Shown: one piece after another, positions 60,236 through 64,000 of the stretch
Numbering within the stretch: position 1 is the stretch's first letter
Layout: each line of letters begins with the position of its first letter
Source of the DNA: Kiritimatiellia bacterium
GTDB lineage: Bacteria; Verrucomicrobiota; Kiritimatiellia; RFP12; UBA1067
Length of the DNA: 64,000 nt
Direction: 5' to 3'
Assembly (NCBI GenBank): GCA_046482825.1
Contig: JAWOEI010000081.1
Span: 13,588 to 77,587 of the forward strand
Notes under the pieces: generated by a model
Databases searched by the model: none
What the model was told of the DNA's origin: nothing
What the model saw: the letters and a program-made list of their open reading frames with translations, nothing else
Position numbers and translations under genes: made by a program

Positions 60236-61567
60236 TTACCTCTTGAAACGACAGGGGCCTTCCAACAGGTTTTTCATTTTTCTGCGGGTTTCAGGTTTAT
60301 AGTTGTTATAATCCACAACTTCCATACAGATACCATCGGCTCCCTCCTCCCAGGCAATCCGCAGAAGTTTTTCCGCGACAGCGTCCTGTGAAAGCCCTGT
60401 CGCCTTCTGATAAGACGGCATTCCCCGCTTTATGAAATCATAAGCCTGGACAGGGAAGAACACTTGACACCTGTCATCGCAGAAGCTGATGATATTTCTG
60501 TAAATTTTACGCGTACTTGCAAAAGCATGTCTGCGATCCCAGGAAACCCCCATCACCACAACCGCATCGACAACGCCCTCATCAACAAGTCTTTTCCAGT
60601 CGACACCGCTTCTTAAAAGAGTAGCATCCGGTTCATCATTAAGCATACCGACAGGCTTAACGCCTATCATCAGGCGGATATTACGTCCCGAAGCATCCAG
60701 ACGTCTGCGCAGAGCCACAAACCAGTCGTGGGTGGTTTCCGCAATAAATGCGCACCACTGAGGGTCATTCGCATCCTCAGGCGGTTCTGAGCCGTATCGC
60801 TTCCTCCAACGGGCAATCTCTGGTTCAACATACTCGAACCGCGGTCCCCAAGCTCCATTACGCCAGGTGTCAATCATCATGTGGTCAATGCCCCGCTCCG
60901 TCATCTCATCCACAAGCCTCAGCTTATGTTCAACAACTTCGGGATAGGCCAGGCTGCATCGACCGGCCCATACCCTGCCGGATCGGGTAACACCCCAATA
61001 CTGCGGATGTTCAAAATTCCACGCTCCGAAAGTCCAGCTTTTCCAATGCGTCTCTTCAAATGGCCAATGCACACCGGCACTCATAGTGCGTCCTTTAATC
61101 ACCTTCATCATATTGCGCAGGATATCGGGCTTCGCCTCATAATAACGCAGCCACCCCTGCACTGGACGGTTTTCGGGGAGACGCCGTTTATCAAGCGGAC
61201 TCTGCACCCACGGATACTTTTCCTCCTTGCTCTGATAACGCATGGTCGCACCGGAACAGGGACGCCACAGGATTGTCCGTGCCCCTGTTTCAACCACATG
61301 GTCCAATACTTTGACGCACCCCTCCGCTGTTTCCGTATCGAACATCATCGCACCCTTGCGGGAGGGATGCTCGATGCCGGAAAAATCATGGTGATCCACA
61401 AACGCGATTGATTCAAAACATTCCGCAGATCTAAGAGAACATGCAATGAGCGACAATAATAAAAACACGCAACATCGCTGCCCGCAAAATCTTATCTTTA
61501 AAATCCAGTGTGAAAAAGTACTTGGAATCGCTTTAAGATGGCCGGTTTTCAATTTTTCATTCCCCAT
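60236..61567 (-). CDS. Hypothetical protein, possibly a TIM-barrel glycoside-hydrolase-like enzyme or lipoprotein.
   Basis: Possible lipobox LIAC after a hydrophobic stretch; the start is uncertain. Trp-rich with conserved acidic residues. Confidence 0.4.
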   Translation of the reverse strand: MGNEKLKTGHLKAIPSTFSHWILKIRFCGQRCCVFLLLSLIACSLRSAECFESIAFVDHHDFSGIEHPSRKGAMMFDTETAEGCVKVLDHVVETGARTILWRPCSGATMRYQSKEEKYPWVQSPLDKRRLPENRPVQGWLRYYEAKPDILRNMMKVIKGRTMSAGVHWPFEETHWKSWTFGAWNFEHPQYWGVTRSGRVWAGRCSLAYPEVVEHKLRLVDEMTERGIDHMMIDTWRNGAWGPRFEYVEPEIARWRKRYGSEPPEDANDPQWCAFIAETTHDWFVALRRRLDASGRNIRLMIGVKPVGMLNDEPDATLLRSGVDWKRLVDEGVVDAVVVMGVSWDRRHAFASTRKIYRNIISFCDDRCQVFFPVQAYDFIKRGMPSYQKATGLSQDAVAEKLLRIAWEEGADGICMEVVDYNNYKPETRRKMKNLLEGPCRFKR

Positions 61568-61749
61568 TTTTCATTCATTTTAACGCAGACTTCACCCGCG
61601 GCACTTCCAGATTCATTGTCCATACAGCTTTGTCTATATACCATTTGTTCATCACGCGGAGTAGCATTATATACACGTTGTTCAGCCGGATTGATTCGAT
61701 TACAAAACGGATTTACACAAGCATCGATTTATCGCAGAGTAAAGACATC

Positions 61750-63384
61750 TCAGTTCTGCCTCTCGTTGTAGTGCCCGAACAATTCTGAACGTGATGGAGG
61801 TTGCGGCAATCCATCCGGATATCCAAGTCCGCACTCAAAATCCAATATTTTGCCATGAAAACGCTTTCCGCTTTTGGCACTGCCTAACATAATTGAAGCT
61901 CCGGACTCGTAATTCTGTGTTGCATTGCCGCTGAACTGCACATCAAACTCGCCATTCACATACAAACGCAGCGTCCCATCCCGATCCCTAACGCCCACGA
62001 TCTCCATCGGAACACCGGTTGAAACCTCATATCGCGCTTCGATCGGAATATGAATATCCTGCGGATTTCTGGCACTGAACACGGGCTTGCCGTTCGGACG
62101 TATATAAAGCTGCCACCGCGGAGGTCTGCCAGGAATTAGTGCGCAGGCAATCATCTGTGCCTCACCGGCATAAACTTTCTCCGCCACAAATCTGACTCGC
62201 ACAAAAAAAACTTCTCTGCCAAAATCAAGATCGTCAGGTTGATAAAAAAACATCCCGCTGCCTGCCTGTTCCGCGCCTGTGATGCGTTTACCGGATGCGC
62301 TGACAAGCATAGCTTTATCGACGCCGCGCTTCAGTCGGGCTGCCACAACACTCCCGGCAACCCGCGATTGTGATTCCGAGACATCACAAACAACCGGATG
62401 CCGATATTGTTCATCTGTACTCACGCTAACTCTGTAAAGTTTATAGAAACCGCTCTGATTATTTTCGTAAACCAATTCCCTGCCGTCAGGCGACCAGCAA
62501 GGATTCTTTGAGTTGCCTCCGCCGGTTTCCAGACATTCCGTTCTCCCCGAAAACAGATCTTGAACAAAAACGCCCCAACCCGGATCACCTTTTTTAAAGC
62601 CAGTAAACGCTATCAACCTGCCATCGGGCGACCAGCGTGGAGCATAGGCATTCATTTCCGGCGGTGTAAGATAGACAACCGGCTTGAGATCGTTTATCGG
62701 AGCAACACAAATTCGCCAGTTTTCAAACACCCCTTCCAGCTGCGTCCAGAGAAGAATTTTCCTGTCGGGAGAGAGCGAGGGCTGAATAGCACCGCCCTTT
62801 ATTCCGCACCCCGGAAAATCAACAATTTTTTCCGATGTACCTCCACCATCAAGAGATATCCGGGCAATATACGCACCGTTGCCCATCTTAAAATATCCTT
62901 TAGTCGAGGCATAATAAACAGCATTGCCGGAAATATCCACCCATGGCGTATAATCACGCCAACGCCCGTTGGTCAGATTTCTTATTTTTCCGTTCTGCCA
63001 GTGATAAAGATTATACCCGTTTTCCGATCTGCTCTCCACCGCCTGGGCAGCAGTTTCCACATGATGTCCATAGGCATATACGATGCCGCCGTCGGATGTC
63101 CAGCACGGATAACAAGCGTGCCCGGGACCGGAGACAACTTCCTGTAATCTTTTGTTTTTGATATCCAGCACGGCAATGTCATTATCTCCATGCCGATCGG
63201 TCTGAAAAACAATTCTTTCACCATCTGGCGACCATACAGCCTCTGTGTCATTGCCAGCTCCTGCAGTTAAGGGTTGCGGAACACCAGTACTGACCCATCC
63301 TCTACTCTGCTTAAACCGGCACCCACAGAGTGTTACAACCAACATGACAAAGCAGATTCGAAGGCTTTCCCCTATTTTCAACAT
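61750..63384 (-). CDS. TolB-like (PD40) beta-propeller protein with a C-terminal LamG/concanavalin-like domain.
   Basis: Signal peptide, PD40-type repeats (WSPDG repeated) and a C-terminal LamG-like region. Confidence 0.6.
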   Translation of the reverse strand: MLKIGESLRICFVMLVVTLCGCRFKQSRGWVSTGVPQPLTAGAGNDTEAVWSPDGERIVFQTDRHGDNDIAVLDIKNKRLQEVVSGPGHACYPCWTSDGGIVYAYGHHVETAAQAVESRSENGYNLYHWQNGKIRNLTNGRWRDYTPWVDISGNAVYYASTKGYFKMGNGAYIARISLDGGGTSEKIVDFPGCGIKGGAIQPSLSPDRKILLWTQLEGVFENWRICVAPINDLKPVVYLTPPEMNAYAPRWSPDGRLIAFTGFKKGDPGWGVFVQDLFSGRTECLETGGGNSKNPCWSPDGRELVYENNQSGFYKLYRVSVSTDEQYRHPVVCDVSESQSRVAGSVVAARLKRGVDKAMLVSASGKRITGAEQAGSGMFFYQPDDLDFGREVFFVRVRFVAEKVYAGEAQMIACALIPGRPPRWQLYIRPNGKPVFSARNPQDIHIPIEARYEVSTGVPMEIVGVRDRDGTLRLYVNGEFDVQFSGNATQNYESGASIMLGSAKSGKRFHGKILDFECGLGYPDGLPQPPSRSELFGHYNERQN

Positions 63385-63650
63385 ATATTCTCCTTGAAAT
63401 TCATTTTTTTGTTTTTTGTGTACGTTTTTTGTAGCATCCGCTCATAGAGCGACCTCTACATTTCACTGCACGGAGTGCTACTACTAACTGGATATTGGGT
63501 TGCGGGCAACGCTCACGCCAAGTTCTTTGCGCTCTTTTACATGCCACGACGTAGCCCCGCTTGCGGGCGTAGATGGGTGGATAATTATCAGCGTAGCAAC
63601 AACTTCTCTGCGATCTCTGCGCCTCTGCGAGGAATACTCTTATAATAAAA

Positions 63651-64000
63651 CTACAACGTCTTTGAGATACGGTCTTTACCGGGAGAGCAGCCATGCTGCC
63701 GCCGATAGAGACGGATGAAATAGTTAGGACTGGCGAATCCGCTTAAGTAGGCGACATCAGACACATTCAGAGTGCTGTCAGCCAGCAGCAGCTCAGCGCG
63801 GTTCATACGGGCCTGTGTAATGTAATTACTGAACGAAAAATTATCATAAGTCTTAAAAAGTCTTGAGAGATGATTGGGATGAAGCTGCAGAGCATCCGCA
63901 ACCCTCTGGCGGTCAAGCGGCTCCTGCAGATGTTCATCCACATAATGACGCGCAGCCTGCCAATGCTGCCAGGCCTTGCCGCCGGTCTGAACAGCGTCAT
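63651..64000 (-). CDS. AraC-family transcriptional regulator (C-terminal HTH domain present; the N-terminus lies beyond the window end).
   Basis: AraC HTH signature (VSDVAYLSGFASPNYFIRLYRRQHG). The reading frame is open upstream to position 64000. Confidence 0.7.
   Translation of the reverse strand, partial: DAVQTGGKAWQHWQAARHYVDEHLQEPLDRQRVADALQLHPNHLSRLFKTYDNFSFSNYITQARMNRAELLLADSTLNVSDVAYLSGFASPNYFIRLYRRQHGCSPGKDRISKTL

Noticed and set aside
63401-63694. 97-aa minus-strand ORF in the AraC / propeller-gene intergenic region.
   Set aside because: It overlaps the AraC 3' end and the promoter region, has no Shine-Dalgarno sequence, and is Arg/Cys-rich low-complexity sequence.

Overview
This 64-kb window reads as a bacterial chromosomal segment with about 50% GC and an AT-rich island (~36.9-50.4 kb). 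Gene content and the clustering of secreted LamG, BNR and beta-propeller proteins suggest a Lentisphaerae, Kiritimatiellae or Verrucomicrobia-like organism (weak inference). No rRNA, tRNA, CRISPR array or mobile-element gene was recognised.

Gene content from start to end:
- **Housekeeping block (1-7.5 kb):** a DksA/TraR-like zinc-finger protein that runs off the window start, lspA, miaA, radC, an SrlD-like SDR with an N-terminal extension, gyrB (minus) and hsp20.
- **Lipid-trafficking operon (7.6-14 kb, minus strand):** TPR/unknown secreted protein, then MlaA, MlaC and an MMPL/RND transporter. MlaA and the MMPL protein share an acidic 'DEFDEF' motif encoded by identical nucleotide repeats.
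- **Sulfur amino-acid cluster:** an alpha/beta-hydrolase esterase, a MetX-MetW fusion, cysE and a cupin.
- **One-carbon metabolism:** a Nudix hydrolase, folC, and an RpiB-GlyA fusion (ribose-5-phosphate isomerase B joined to serine hydroxymethyltransferase).
- **Envelope modules:** an ABC-2/GldG/DUF4340 four-gene module, a phosphomannomutase, cytochrome c biogenesis system II (CcsA plus a compact CcsB), and a Sel1-repeat protein.
- **Surface-glycan locus (~34-57 kb):** rfbC-rfbD-rfbA, three small glycosyltransferases (GT2/GT4), and a complete pseudaminic acid pathway (pseH divergent; pseB-pseC-pseF-pseG-pseI). These are followed by two KpsS/KpsC-like (Capsule_synth) paralogs that are candidate pseudaminyltransferases, a Wzx flippase, a YfhO-like GT-C membrane protein, a HAD-like protein, a polytopic membrane protein and a processive GT2.
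- **Secreted-protein cluster (57-63.4 kb):** a BNR/sialidase-like protein, a LamG protein, a TIM-barrel-like hypothetical and a TolB-propeller-LamG protein, next to a truncated AraC regulator at the window edge.

The candidates most worth a second look are the RND-driven Mla-like system with its shared acidic motif, the Pse glycan island with its KpsS-like transferases and YfhO-type glycosylation module, and the two Rosetta-stone fusions.
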